NCBI GenBank assembly: GCA_965213675.1
Contig: OZ243916.1
Location: 2,592,001-2,656,000, forward strand
Length of the DNA stretch: 64,000 bases
From: an uncultured Candidatus Binatia bacterium
GTDB lineage: Bacteria > Desulfobacterota > Binatia > UBA9968 > JAJDTQ01
Direction of reading: 5' to 3'
Shown here: positions 42,406-51,961 of the stretch, one piece after another
How positions within the stretch are numbered: the first letter of the stretch is position 1
Layout: every line of letters starts with the position of its first letter
Notes under the pieces: model-generated
The model's input: the letters and a program-made list of their open reading frames with translations, nothing else
The model's database searches: none
What the model was told of the DNA's origin: nothing
Position numbers and translations under genes: made by a program

Positions 42406-43161
42406 ATGTACACGACCGATCAATACGAGGGCATGCTGGCCGAGACCATCACCATTCAGGGTCACAACGGCGACACCATCAACGCCTACTACGCCCGCCC
42501 GCTGGGCGCCGGGCCGTTCCCCGGCGTGGTGGCCATCCACCACATGCCCGGCTGGGACGAATGGTACCGCGAAGCCACGCGCAAGCTCGCGCACCACGGC
42601 TTCGCCACCATCTCGCCCGACCTCTATCACCGGGCCGGCGCCGGCACGCCCGAGGACGTGGCCGCCAAGGTCCGCGCCGACGGCGGCGTGGGCGACGACC
42701 AGGTGGTGGGCGACCTCACCGGCGCCATGCAGTACCTGCGCTCCATGCCCTACCACAACGGCAAGGTGGGCATCTGGGGCACCTGCTCGGGCGGACGCCA
42801 TGCCTTTCTCACCGCCTGCCGCGCCCAGGGCTTCGACGCGGTGGTGGAATGCTGGGGCGGCCGTGTGGTGGCCAGCGGCGACGCACTGACCGAGAAGCAG
42901 CCCGTCGCCCCCATCGACTACACCGCCGACCTCTCCTGCCCGATCCTGGGCATCTTCGGCAACGACGACAAGAGCCCGTCGCCGGAGCAGGTGGATCAGC
43001 ACGAGGCCGAACTCAAGAAGCACGGCAAGGACTACGAGTTTCATCGCTACGACGGCGCCGGCCACGGCTTCTTCTACTACGACCGCCCGGTCTACCGTCA
43101 GGAGCAGGCCGTGGACGGCTGGAAGAAGCTCCTGGATTTCTTCGGGAAGCAACTCGGGTAA
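42406..43161 (+). CDS. Dienelactone hydrolase family protein
   Basis: GTCSGG nucleophile, FGNDD, YDGAGHGF. Confidence 0.9.
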   Translation: MYTTDQYEGMLAETITIQGHNGDTINAYYARPLGAGPFPGVVAIHHMPGWDEWYREATRKLAHHGFATISPDLYHRAGAGTPEDVAAKVRADGGVGDDQVVGDLTGAMQYLRSMPYHNGKVGIWGTCSGGRHAFLTACRAQGFDAVVECWGGRVVASGDALTEKQPVAPIDYTADLSCPILGIFGNDDKSPSPEQVDQHEAELKKHGKDYEFHRYDGAGHGFFYYDRPVYRQEQAVDGWKKLLDFFGKQLG

Positions 43162-43260
43162 GAGCGGCATCCATCGCGGCGGCCCGGAACGCGCCTGGGG
43201 CAACGGCCCTTGGCGTGCCCGGGCCGCGCGGGTTTCCGAAGAACGCGAAAGGAGACGACC

Positions 43261-43581
43261 ATGTGCACCATGATCGCCAGAAAGGTGACGATGGAGGGTA
43301 GCGGCAAGCACTCGGAGGACTGGTTCAAGGTCAACCAGGCCAACGTGGCCTATGACCATCCCTACCACGTCTTCCGGGAACACTCCCTGAACATCGATTT
43401 CGTCAATGAGGACGAGGGCACCGGCGCCCGCGTGGCCGTGGAGTTGAGCGTGGACTCGGCCCGCAAGCTGGTGGACACCATTCTGAACGTGCTGAACGAG
43501 GCGGACCGAGACGGTTGGATCGACGAGAACGAAGGACCGGAAGCGCACATGCCTCCGGTGAAAAGTTCGGGAACCCTGTAA
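43261..43581 (+). CDS. DUF6295-like small protein
   Basis: MCTMI..GSGK..WF..YDHPYH..EHSLNIDFVNE..RVAVELS; RBS aaggag. Confidence 0.75.
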   Translation: MCTMIARKVTMEGSGKHSEDWFKVNQANVAYDHPYHVFREHSLNIDFVNEDEGTGARVAVELSVDSARKLVDTILNVLNEADRDGWIDENEGPEAHMPPVKSSGTL

Positions 43582-43721
43582 GGGCGCCCGGCGGTCGCCC
43601 GGGCCGGGACCTCCCGCCACAGGGGTGACCGCCGGGTGTCCCTACGCGGACCATCCTGCACCGGCCATCCCACTCCTCGCCACCCTGGGCGCCCGGCCGG
43701 CCACCCTGTACCGGCCCCTAC
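43578..43721. repeat. GTAG-family REP/BIME-like cluster between convergent genes
   Basis: gtaagggcg..cgccc, gggtgaccgccgggtgtccctac, and ccggcccctac units in both orientations. Confidence 0.6.
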
Positions 43722-44755
43722 GCTTGGGCCGGTACAGCGGCGATCTCGCTCACCGGCACCCCATAGAAATCCGCGGCATTCCGGCACAGGATGCGCTGCT
43801 TGTTTTCCTCGGTGAGGTCGTCGCGCCGGCGCAGCTTCTCCACCGAGTGGGGCCAGTCCGTGTCCCAGTGGGGGTTGTCGGATGAATACAGCAGGCAGCG
43901 GTCGCCGATGTGGCGGATGGCGTCGGGGATGGTGAGTTCCTCGCACTCCACGCCGAAGTAGCACCGGCCACTCTTCACGTAGTCGCTGGGCGCGCGCGTG
44001 CACAGCGGTGCCTCCACGTCGCCGCGCTTCTCCCACTCCTCGTCCAGCCGGTCCATCCAGTAGGGCACCCAGCCCGCGCCCGACTCCAGGAATCCCACCG
44101 TGAGCCCGGGATAGCGCTCCAGCACGCCGCCGAAGATGAGCTGAGTCATGGCGATCATCTGCTCGAACGGATGGGTCACCGCGTGGATGGCCAGGAACTT
44201 GTCGAAGCGGTCGGTGCCAGCGGCGTCCCGCGGTTGGCTGTGTATGGCCAGGGGAACCTTGAGCCGCTCCGCCGCGGCGTAAAACGGGTCCAGCTCCCGG
44301 TCCGAGAGCTTGCGCCATGCCACGTAGGTGGGCACCTGCACCGCCACCATGCCCATCTCCACCAGCCGCTCCAGTTCCTCCACGGCGCTCTCCACCTCTT
44401 GCAGCGCGACGATGCCCACGCCCTTGATGCGCTCGGGCGAGGCGCCGCAGAACTCGCTCAGCCATCCATTGTAGGCATGGGCCAATACCCGCGCCCGGTC
44501 AGGATCACGCACGTTGCCGATGCCCAGCCCCGCGGTGGGAAAAAGCACCGCGCTGTCGATGCCCTCGGCGTCGATGTCCGAAAGTTCGCGCTCCGGGTCC
44601 GCCACCCGATGCCCCATGCGCCCCAGGTTCCGATCCCAGCCGTCGTGCGGGTACAACTCGCGGGCCGCGCTGTAAGGCTCCGGGATCCGCTCCCGGTAGG
44701 CGGTCATGGGTTCGGTCAGGTGGCCGTCCGCGTCGATAACAGGATATCCGATCAT
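43718..44755 (-). CDS. Amidohydrolase_2 family protein
   Basis: IDADGH, LAIH, FLESGAGWVPYW, YSSDNPHWD. Confidence 0.9.
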   Translation of the reverse strand: MIGYPVIDADGHLTEPMTAYRERIPEPYSAARELYPHDGWDRNLGRMGHRVADPERELSDIDAEGIDSAVLFPTAGLGIGNVRDPDRARVLAHAYNGWLSEFCGASPERIKGVGIVALQEVESAVEELERLVEMGMVAVQVPTYVAWRKLSDRELDPFYAAAERLKVPLAIHSQPRDAAGTDRFDKFLAIHAVTHPFEQMIAMTQLIFGGVLERYPGLTVGFLESGAGWVPYWMDRLDEEWEKRGDVEAPLCTRAPSDYVKSGRCYFGVECEELTIPDAIRHIGDRCLLYSSDNPHWDTDWPHSVEKLRRRDDLTEENKQRILCRNAADFYGVPVSEIAAVPAQA

Positions 44756-44825
44756 TCCGTGCTCTCCTTGCAGTCCGTTGTGCGCCAAGCGTCCGTCTGA
44801 CCAAGCCGATCATGGCGGCGGCAAG

Positions 44826-44932
44826 GGCGACCGGGGGTTCGTAGGGGCGACCGGCGGTCATTCGGGGCGACCAGCGATTGGCCGAGGCGACCGGTGGTCA
44901 CCCAACGCCGTCCCTGCGGCACCGGCCGCTAC
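44826..44932. repeat. GTAG-family REP-like cluster
   Basis: gtaggggcgaccggcggtc plus three further ggcgacc units and a terminal ccggccgctac. Confidence 0.6.
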
Positions 44933-46005
44933 AACCCATAGAACCGCCGCGGGTTGTCCTCCACGATCTTCGTGTGCATCGCATCGCTGATGCCGCCGGT
45001 CTCCTTGAGCGCGGTGAGCGCTTCCAACTCAGTGGAAGAATCGGCGTGGCCATAGTCCGTGCCGATCATCAGCATGCCCTCGCCGGCCTGCCGCAGCAGG
45101 TACGGCACGTCGTCGCCGATCTGGCAGGTCACGTACAGCCCGTACTCTTCCAACAGGTCTGCGGGCAGTTTGTTGTCCACCGTATCCAGCCGGCGGCGCA
45201 ATTCGTACACCACCCACGGGATCCACGATGCCGCGGTTTCGATGAAGCCGAAGCGCAGATCGGGAAATGTCCTGGGCACCCCGGAACTCACCAACCGGAA
45301 GAAGGCGCCGACGTTGAAGATGCGGTACTGATTGAAGAACTCGCGGCTGCCGTCGGGGCTGGCCATCATGTCCACAAGGTCGGCGTTGCCGTTGGACTGG
45401 TGCAGCCCGATGCACAGGTCCAGCTTCGACGCCTCCTCATAGATCGGGAAGAAGTACGGGTCGTCCACGGGCCGGCGACCCTCCATGGGCCGCATGAAGA
45501 TGCCGCAGGCGCCGTTCTCCTTGGCGAAGCGCAATTGATCCATGGCGTCCGGCATGCTGAGAAACGGCAGTACGCACATCCAGCGCAGCCGCCCCCTGCC
45601 TTCCTTCCAGATATCCGCCAGCCAGCGATTGTAGGCGCCGCAAAGGGCCACATCCACCTCCGGCCGCTCGGTGCACTGGTCCAGGAAGATGCTGGTGTAG
45701 AGGATCTGCACGTCGATGCCCAACTCGTCCATGTGCGCCAGCCGCGCCGCCACGTTGGCCACGTCGCGGGTCTCCATGCTGGTGGTCATCTGCCGCCCCG
45801 TCCTGCGCGACCGCTCCTCCAGCGCCTCCTCCGTAAATGCGAACCGGAACAACCCGCGAATCTTCCCGTCGATGACCCAGTTCTGCCGCTGCGTCCCGTC
45901 GTCCGGGTCGAACAATGCCGGCCGGTACTTCTGCTCCGAGGGCGTGAGATAGTCCCAAGTACGCGGGCTCTCGACGACATGCGCGTCAGCGTCTACCCAT
46001 CCCAT
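44929..46005 (-). CDS. Amidohydrolase_2 family protein
   Basis: VDADAHVVE, IGLH, FIETAASWIP, GTDYGHAD. Confidence 0.9.
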   Translation of the reverse strand: MGWVDADAHVVESPRTWDYLTPSEQKYRPALFDPDDGTQRQNWVIDGKIRGLFRFAFTEEALEERSRRTGRQMTTSMETRDVANVAARLAHMDELGIDVQILYTSIFLDQCTERPEVDVALCGAYNRWLADIWKEGRGRLRWMCVLPFLSMPDAMDQLRFAKENGACGIFMRPMEGRRPVDDPYFFPIYEEASKLDLCIGLHQSNGNADLVDMMASPDGSREFFNQYRIFNVGAFFRLVSSGVPRTFPDLRFGFIETAASWIPWVVYELRRRLDTVDNKLPADLLEEYGLYVTCQIGDDVPYLLRQAGEGMLMIGTDYGHADSSTELEALTALKETGGISDAMHTKIVEDNPRRFYGL

Positions 46006-46246
46006 TGGATCGCTCTCCTTCCGTGGATAGCTGTAAGATGCGGTCCGAGACTATCCGGGATGAAGCGGGGGCGTCAACCGGAATCGGCCTACCTCAAACG
46101 CTCGACACCCGGGCAGATGTCGAAGCCTCGATCGAAACTCAGGATCCGATGAATCCCGGCTCGACGCATCACGGCCACGTGAAGTGCATCCCGAGCCGAA
46201 AGCCCTTCCACGGTATCGAGAAGCCCCTTCAATGAGGGAGGCCCCG

Positions 46247-46549
46247 ATGAGTCACCCCATCTATCGTGTGACTTCCTTTGAAGTTGAAGCGCCGTACACG
46301 CTACGCATTCGTTTCGACGACAAGACGGAGCAGGTCATAGACTTCCAGGCCGTATTGGAGGGCGAACTGTTCGGTCCCCTTCGTGATCCGTCCCTTTTCG
46401 AACAAGTCCGAATCGATCCGGAAGTCCATACCCTGATTTGGCCGAACGGCGCCGACTTCGACCCCGCCACCCTGCACGACTGGCCTATTCAACTTCCGGA
46501 ACTGAAGAAATTGGTCGAGCGTTGGTCGCTCGCGAGTGCAAGGCATTGA
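46247..46549 (+). CDS. DUF2442 domain protein (putative TA component)
   Basis: LRIRFDD..IDF...[11 protein letters not shown].....[10 protein letters not shown]; RBS ggagg before ATG 46247. Confidence 0.8.
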   Translation: MSHPIYRVTSFEVEAPYTLRIRFDDKTEQVIDFQAVLEGELFGPLRDPSLFEQVRIDPEVHTLIWPNGADFDPATLHDWPIQLPELKKLVERWSLASARH

Positions 46550-46709
46550 CGCGTCGCTACGTCCGTTCCGGTGAGTCGCCCGGAACAACTCAACGACGGC
46601 TCTGGCCACACTTTCCATCGATTCTCTCACCCACGAACCTCAAGGGGTTGGTTAGAAGCACCCACGCAACACTTCTGTTGAGGTCGACGCCTTTGTCGTG
46701 TAACCTTCG

Positions 46710-46898
46710 ATGAATGCTCAAGAACTCCGTCGCTGGCTCAGAAAACGTGGCTGCACGTTTCATATCCACAAGGGTGGCAGCGGTCATGTCACAGTTCGAC
46801 GAGGACACCGCACGTCGCAGTTGCCGATGCACGGAGGCAACAGGGAATTGGGACCAAAACTGGTGGCCAAGATCAAGAAGGACCTTGGGGTGGACTGA
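46710..46898 (+). CDS. hicA: HicA family mRNA interferase toxin
   Basis: 62 aa, basic, KGGSGH...LPMHG..EL...IKKDLG. Confidence 0.88.
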   Translation: MNAQELRRWLRKRGCTFHIHKGGSGHVTVRRGHRTSQLPMHGGNRELGPKLVAKIKKDLGVD

Positions 46899-47314
46899 TG
46901 CTCGCGTATCCAATCGTAATTGAGGATGACGAGGGCGCCCTGCTCGCCACCTCCCTGGAATTTCCGGAACTCACGACCTTCGGGACTGACATGGAAGATG
47001 CCCTGGCACGGGCGGTTGACGCGCTGGAGGAAGCGATAGCAGCCCGTATTCACGCCGGCCAGGATATTCCACCGCCGTCACCCGGCCGTCAGGTAGCTGT
47101 GCTACCGACGCTCACCGCCATCAAGGTGATGCTCTATCAAGAGATGCGGGAGCAGGGCGTCGGCAAGGCGGAACTGGCGCGCCGCCTCGGCTGGCACCTG
47201 CCACAGGTGGATCGGATACTGGACATCCACCACCACTCCCGAATGGATCAGGTGGACGCGGCCATGGGGGCGATGGGACGGCATCTGGAAGTCAGGGCTT
47301 CAGCCCGACGATGA
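46898..47314 (+). CDS. hicB: HicB family antitoxin with C-terminal HTH
   Basis: FPELTTFG...EDA..AVDAL, IPPPS, KAELARRLGWHLPQVDR; TGATG coupling to hicA. Confidence 0.88.
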   Translation: MLAYPIVIEDDEGALLATSLEFPELTTFGTDMEDALARAVDALEEAIAARIHAGQDIPPPSPGRQVAVLPTLTAIKVMLYQEMREQGVGKAELARRLGWHLPQVDRILDIHHHSRMDQVDAAMGAMGRHLEVRASARR

Positions 47315-47394
47315 GAGGCTCCGCTCTGCCACGACCCCACCGGAACGGAACCGCGGTTCACACAGCGGATCAACTCCGCCCAACGGAGGTCACC

Positions 47395-48510
47395 ATGCCA
47401 GGCGTCGTCGACGCGGACACGCACATTATCGAGCATCCGGAGATGTGGGAGCTGTTCGATCCGGAGATGTATCAACGGCGGCCGGTGCTGGCGTCGACCA
47501 CGGTGGACAGCGTCTACGGAGAAAACAACCAAGTCTGGCTCATCGACGGCATGGCGGTGCCCAAGCGATTCGGCAAGGGTAGCGCGCTGGTGGCGGTGGG
47601 CGGATCGGATCGGGAGAACGGCCGGACGGACATTGCCGCGTCGGTGCGGTACCTCACGGACCCGGTAGCGCGGGTACGGGACATGGACAAACGCGGGGTG
47701 GATGCGGAGGTGGTGTACCCGACCCTGCTGCTGGGCTACCTGGAGGTGGCCGTGGCCCTCGAGGTGGCCATTTGCCAGGCCTACAACCGCTATCTCGCCG
47801 AGGCCTGGAAGACGGCCGGGGACCGGCTGCGCTGGGTAGTGGTGCCGCCGCTCCGGGCCATGGACGCCTCGGTGCGGGAGATCGAGGCGGCTCGGGACCA
47901 CGGCGCGGTGGGGGTGTTCTTCCGCGGGGTGGAGGGCGACCGCTCGCTGGCGGAATCGTATTTCTTCCCCGTGTACGAAGCAGCCAACCGGCTCGGCATG
48001 GCCATCTGCATCCACACCGGCGCGGGCGCCCCGGAGATCACCAAGGTGTTCGACCGGAACTTCAGCCACAACCTTCCCCACGTGCGTTCGCTGCCGCTGT
48101 TCGCCTTCCGCGACCTCGTGGCCCACAAGATCCCGGAACGTTTCCCGGATCTGCGTTTCGGCTTCATCGAAGCCTCAGCCTCCTGGGTGCCCTACGTGCT
48201 GCACCACCTGCAACGCGCCAGCGGCGCCCGACTCAACGCCGGCGGCGACGCCGACGCGAACCTCGACTGGGGACCCAACCTGTTCCGCGACTACCGGCTC
48301 TACGTAGCCGCGGAGGCGGACGAGGACCTGCCCTACCTGCTGACGCACATCGGCGAGGACCACATCATCATGGGATCCGACTACGGCCACCAGGACCAGT
48401 CCCGGGAGGACGGCATGGTGGCGGTGATGCGGCGCAAGGAGAACGTCCCCCCGCAGGTGGTGGAGAAGATACTCTGCGACAATCCGCGGACGTTCTACGG
48501 CCTCGACTGA
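47395..48510 (+). CDS. Amidohydrolase_2 family protein
   Basis: VDADTHIIE, ICIHTG, FIEASASWVP, GSDYGHQD; RBS ggagg. Confidence 0.9.
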   Translation: MPGVVDADTHIIEHPEMWELFDPEMYQRRPVLASTTVDSVYGENNQVWLIDGMAVPKRFGKGSALVAVGGSDRENGRTDIAASVRYLTDPVARVRDMDKRGVDAEVVYPTLLLGYLEVAVALEVAICQAYNRYLAEAWKTAGDRLRWVVVPPLRAMDASVREIEAARDHGAVGVFFRGVEGDRSLAESYFFPVYEAANRLGMAICIHTGAGAPEITKVFDRNFSHNLPHVRSLPLFAFRDLVAHKIPERFPDLRFGFIEASASWVPYVLHHLQRASGARLNAGGDADANLDWGPNLFRDYRLYVAAEADEDLPYLLTHIGEDHIIMGSDYGHQDQSREDGMVAVMRRKENVPPQVVEKILCDNPRTFYGLD

Positions 48511-48564
48511 CGGTTGAGATTTGCGCGCCCGCGCAATAAGTTCAAGGCAGGTTTGGAGGACCAC

Positions 48565-50025
48565 ATGAGCAAGGACATCACCTTCGTCGACACCACCCTG
48601 CGCGACGGGCACCAGAGCCTGTGGGCGGAGAACATGACCACGGGCATGATGCTTTCCGTGGCCGAGCAGATGGACCGCGCCGGCTTCGAGGCCATGGAGC
48701 TGATCTCCGGGTCGCACCTCAAGAAATGCGTGCGGGAGCTGAAGGAGGACCCGTGGGAGCGGGTCCGCCTGGTGGCCGCGCGGATCACGGAGACGCCGCT
48801 CCGGGTCATCGCCGGCCGGGTCAACACCTTCGAGTTCAACCCGCTGTGCATGTACCGGCTGTTCATGGAGCGCATGGCCGCCAACGGCATCCGCGAGGCG
48901 CGCATCTCCGAGGAGTGGAACGACTTGGCGGGGTGGACGCGCAAGGTGGAGGTGTCGCGGGAAGTGGGCATCAAGCCCATCATCAACATGATCTACTCGG
49001 TGTCGCCCAAACACAACGACGCGTACTTCGCCCAAAAGACCCGCGAGGCGGCCTCGCTGGACGTGCCGCTCATCTGCCTCAAGGATCCCGGCGGCCTGCT
49101 CACGCCCGAGCGCATGCGCACCCTGGTGCCGGTGATGTACGAGAACTGCAACGGCATCCCCATCGAGTTGCATACCCACTGCACCACCGGCCTGGGGCCC
49201 CTGTGCTGCCTGGAGGCCCTGGACCTGGGCATCCGCAGCATCAACACCGCGGTGCCGCCACTGGCGGACAGCTCCTCCAATCCCGATGTCTTCAACGTCG
49301 CCCGCAACGCCCGGGCGCTGGGCTACAACCCGCTCGTGGACGAGTCGGTGCTGGAGCCCGTTTCCGAGCATTTCATGAACGTTGCCCGGCGCGAGGGATT
49401 CCCCATCGGCAAGCCCGTGGAATACGACTACGCGCAATACCAGCACCAGGTGCCCGGCGGCATGCGCTCGAACCTGCAGCATCAACTCGACAAGGTGCGC
49501 CTGGGGGATCGCTTCCCGCAGGCGCTGGAAGAATCCATCCAGGTGCGCGCCGACTTCGGCTATCCCATCATGGTGACGCCTCTGTCCCAGTTCGTGGGCA
49601 GCCAGGCGGCGCTCAACGTCATCGTGGGCGACCGTTACAAGGAGGTCACCGACCAAGTCATCCGCTACGCCCTGGGGCGGGCCGGCGAGGAAGGCGCCCG
49701 GCTCATGGACCCCAACGTCAAGGACAAGATCCTCGACCGGCCCCGGGCGCGGGAGATCGCGGCGCAGGAACCGCACGAGACGCCCCTCTCGGAGATGCGC
49801 GCCCGGCTGGGCGGCGACGGCGTGTCGGACGAAGAGCTGTTGCTGCGCTGGCTCCTGAGCGAGGACGAGATCGCCCAGATGCGCGCGGCCGCGCCGCCCC
49901 AGGCCTACGTGAGCACCCGGCCGCCGATGGTGGCGTTGATGGAGCAACTGGCGAAAACGTCCGACCTGGCGCACGTCAGGGTGACCCAAGGCGACCGCTC
50001 GGTGACCCTCAACCGGGCCGAGTGA
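48565..50025 (+). CDS. Pyruvate carboxylase subunit B / OadA-like carboxyltransferase lacking a biotinyl domain
   Basis: [44 protein letters not shown]; no AMKM motif. Confidence 0.85.
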   Translation: MSKDITFVDTTLRDGHQSLWAENMTTGMMLSVAEQMDRAGFEAMELISGSHLKKCVRELKEDPWERVRLVAARITETPLRVIAGRVNTFEFNPLCMYRLFMERMAANGIREARISEEWNDLAGWTRKVEVSREVGIKPIINMIYSVSPKHNDAYFAQKTREAASLDVPLICLKDPGGLLTPERMRTLVPVMYENCNGIPIELHTHCTTGLGPLCCLEALDLGIRSINTAVPPLADSSSNPDVFNVARNARALGYNPLVDESVLEPVSEHFMNVARREGFPIGKPVEYDYAQYQHQVPGGMRSNLQHQLDKVRLGDRFPQALEESIQVRADFGYPIMVTPLSQFVGSQAALNVIVGDRYKEVTDQVIRYALGRAGEEGARLMDPNVKDKILDRPRAREIAAQEPHETPLSEMRARLGGDGVSDEELLLRWLLSEDEIAQMRAAAPPQAYVSTRPPMVALMEQLAKTSDLAHVRVTQGDRSVTLNRAE

Positions 50026-50077
50026 ACGCAGACGGAATGGACCCAACCCGCGTCATCGCAACACAGGAGGAGCCGCC

Positions 50078-51706
50078 ATCGCCACTCATCGCCTAACCGA
50101 GCTGCCGGCGTGGCAGGATCTCGCCGCGCACTACGACAAGATCAAGGACGTGCACCTGCGGGCGCTGTTCGCCCAGGACGCGACCCGCGGCGAGCGCTTC
50201 GCGGTCGAGGGCGCGGGGCTCTACCTCGACTACTCCAAGAACCGCATCACCGACGAGACCCTGGACCTGCTGCTGAAGCTGGCGCGGGCCACCGGAGTCA
50301 AGGAACGCGTCGACGCCATGTTCGGCGGCGAGCGGATCAACGTCACCGAGGGGCGGCCGGTGCTGCACGTGGCGCTGCGGGCGCCGCGCGGCCAGAGCAT
50401 CCTGGCGGACGGCGAGGATGTGGTGCCGGACGTGCACGCCGTGCTGGACCGGATGTCATCCTTCGCCGACCGCGTCCGCTCCGGTGAATGGAAAGGTCAC
50501 ACCGGCAAGCGCATCCGCAACGTGGTCAACATCGGCATCGGCGGCTCGGACCTGGGGCCGGTGATGGCGTACGAGGCCCTCCGCCACTACAGCGACCGCT
50601 CCCTCGACCTGGGCTTCGTCTCCAACGTCGACGCCACCGACTTCGCCGAGACCACCCAGGGCCTGGACCCCGCGGAGACCCTGTTCATCGTCAGCTCCAA
50701 GACCTTCACCACCCTGGAGACCCTGAAGAATGCTCACACCGCGCGGGAATGGTGCCTGGCCGCGCTCAAGGACGAGGCCGCGGTGGCCAGTCACTTTGTG
50801 GCCGTGTCCACCAACCACGAGGAAGTGCGCCGCTTCGGCATCAACACCGACAACATGTTCGGTTTCTGGGACTGGGTCGGCGGGCGCTACTCCTACGATT
50901 CCGCCATCGGCCTGTCGCTCATGGTCGCGGTGGGGCCGGCGCACTTCCGCGCCATGTTGGGCGGCCTCCGCGCCATGGACGAGCACTTCCGCGCCGCGCC
51001 CTTCGAGAAGAACCTGCCGGTGCTGCTGGGGCTCCTGGGCATCTGGTACAACAACTTCTTCGGTGCCGAAACCTATTCCATCCTGCCTTACGACCAGTAC
51101 CTGTGGCGCCTGAGCGCCTACTGCCAGCAACTCGACATGGAGAGCAACGGCAAGCACGTCACCCTCGACGGCGAAGCCGTGGACTACCAGACCGGCCCGA
51201 TCATCTGGGGCCAGCCGGGCACCAACGGGCAGCACGCCTACTACCAGTTGATCCACCAAGGCACGAAGCTCATCCCTTGCGACTTCATCGGCTTCTGCCA
51301 AAGCCTCAACCCCCTGGGGAACCACCACGACCTCCTCATGGCCAACCTGTTCGCCCAGACCGAGGCCCTCGCCTTCGGCAAGACCGCGGACGAAGCCGCC
51401 GCCGAAGGCATGCCCGCCTTCCAGGCGCCGCACCGCGCCTTCGAGGGCAACCGCCCCACCAACACCATCCTCGCTGAGCGGCTCACCCCGGAGACCCTCG
51501 GCAAGCTCATCGCACTCTACGAGCACAAGGTGTTCGTTCAGGGCTCCATCTGGGGCATCAACTCCTTCGACCAGTGGGGCGTGGAACTGGGCAAGGCCCT
51601 GGCGCAACGCATCGTGCCGGAACTGGAGAACGCGGAGATGCCGGAACTGGACCACGACAGCTCCACCAACGCGTTGATCCGGCGCTACCGGCGGCTGCGG
51701 GGATGA
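50078..51706 (+). CDS. pgi: Glucose-6-phosphate isomerase (apparent ATC start)
   Basis: [42 protein letters not shown]. The conserved N-terminus LTELPAW lies upstream of GTG 50150, behind AGGAGG and ATC at 50078. Confidence 0.95.
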   Translation: MATHRLTELPAWQDLAAHYDKIKDVHLRALFAQDATRGERFAVEGAGLYLDYSKNRITDETLDLLLKLARATGVKERVDAMFGGERINVTEGRPVLHVALRAPRGQSILADGEDVVPDVHAVLDRMSSFADRVRSGEWKGHTGKRIRNVVNIGIGGSDLGPVMAYEALRHYSDRSLDLGFVSNVDATDFAETTQGLDPAETLFIVSSKTFTTLETLKNAHTAREWCLAALKDEAAVASHFVAVSTNHEEVRRFGINTDNMFGFWDWVGGRYSYDSAIGLSLMVAVGPAHFRAMLGGLRAMDEHFRAAPFEKNLPVLLGLLGIWYNNFFGAETYSILPYDQYLWRLSAYCQQLDMESNGKHVTLDGEAVDYQTGPIIWGQPGTNGQHAYYQLIHQGTKLIPCDFIGFCQSLNPLGNHHDLLMANLFAQTEALAFGKTADEAAAEGMPAFQAPHRAFEGNRPTNTILAERLTPETLGKLIALYEHKVFVQGSIWGINSFDQWGVELGKALAQRIVPELENAEMPELDHDSSTNALIRRYRRLRG

Positions 51707-51961
51707 GCGGGCCGTAAACAATGGCTTGGCCGTCGATACGAAATCCCCTTGTCTGCGATCCACCACAATCACCACGGGTTCATGGTCCTCGCAAATCTTC
51801 ATACGCAGACTGCCGACTGTTTCCATGTTGACGGCAAACACCCGGCTACTGAGCTGATCCTCCGAAGTTTGGGATCCGGACAGCTCGGGCTTCATCGACG
51901 AGGTGGACGTGCGGAACCTGCGCCGGGAGGCTGACGTGGGCACGCAGGTGGTGTCAAAGCG

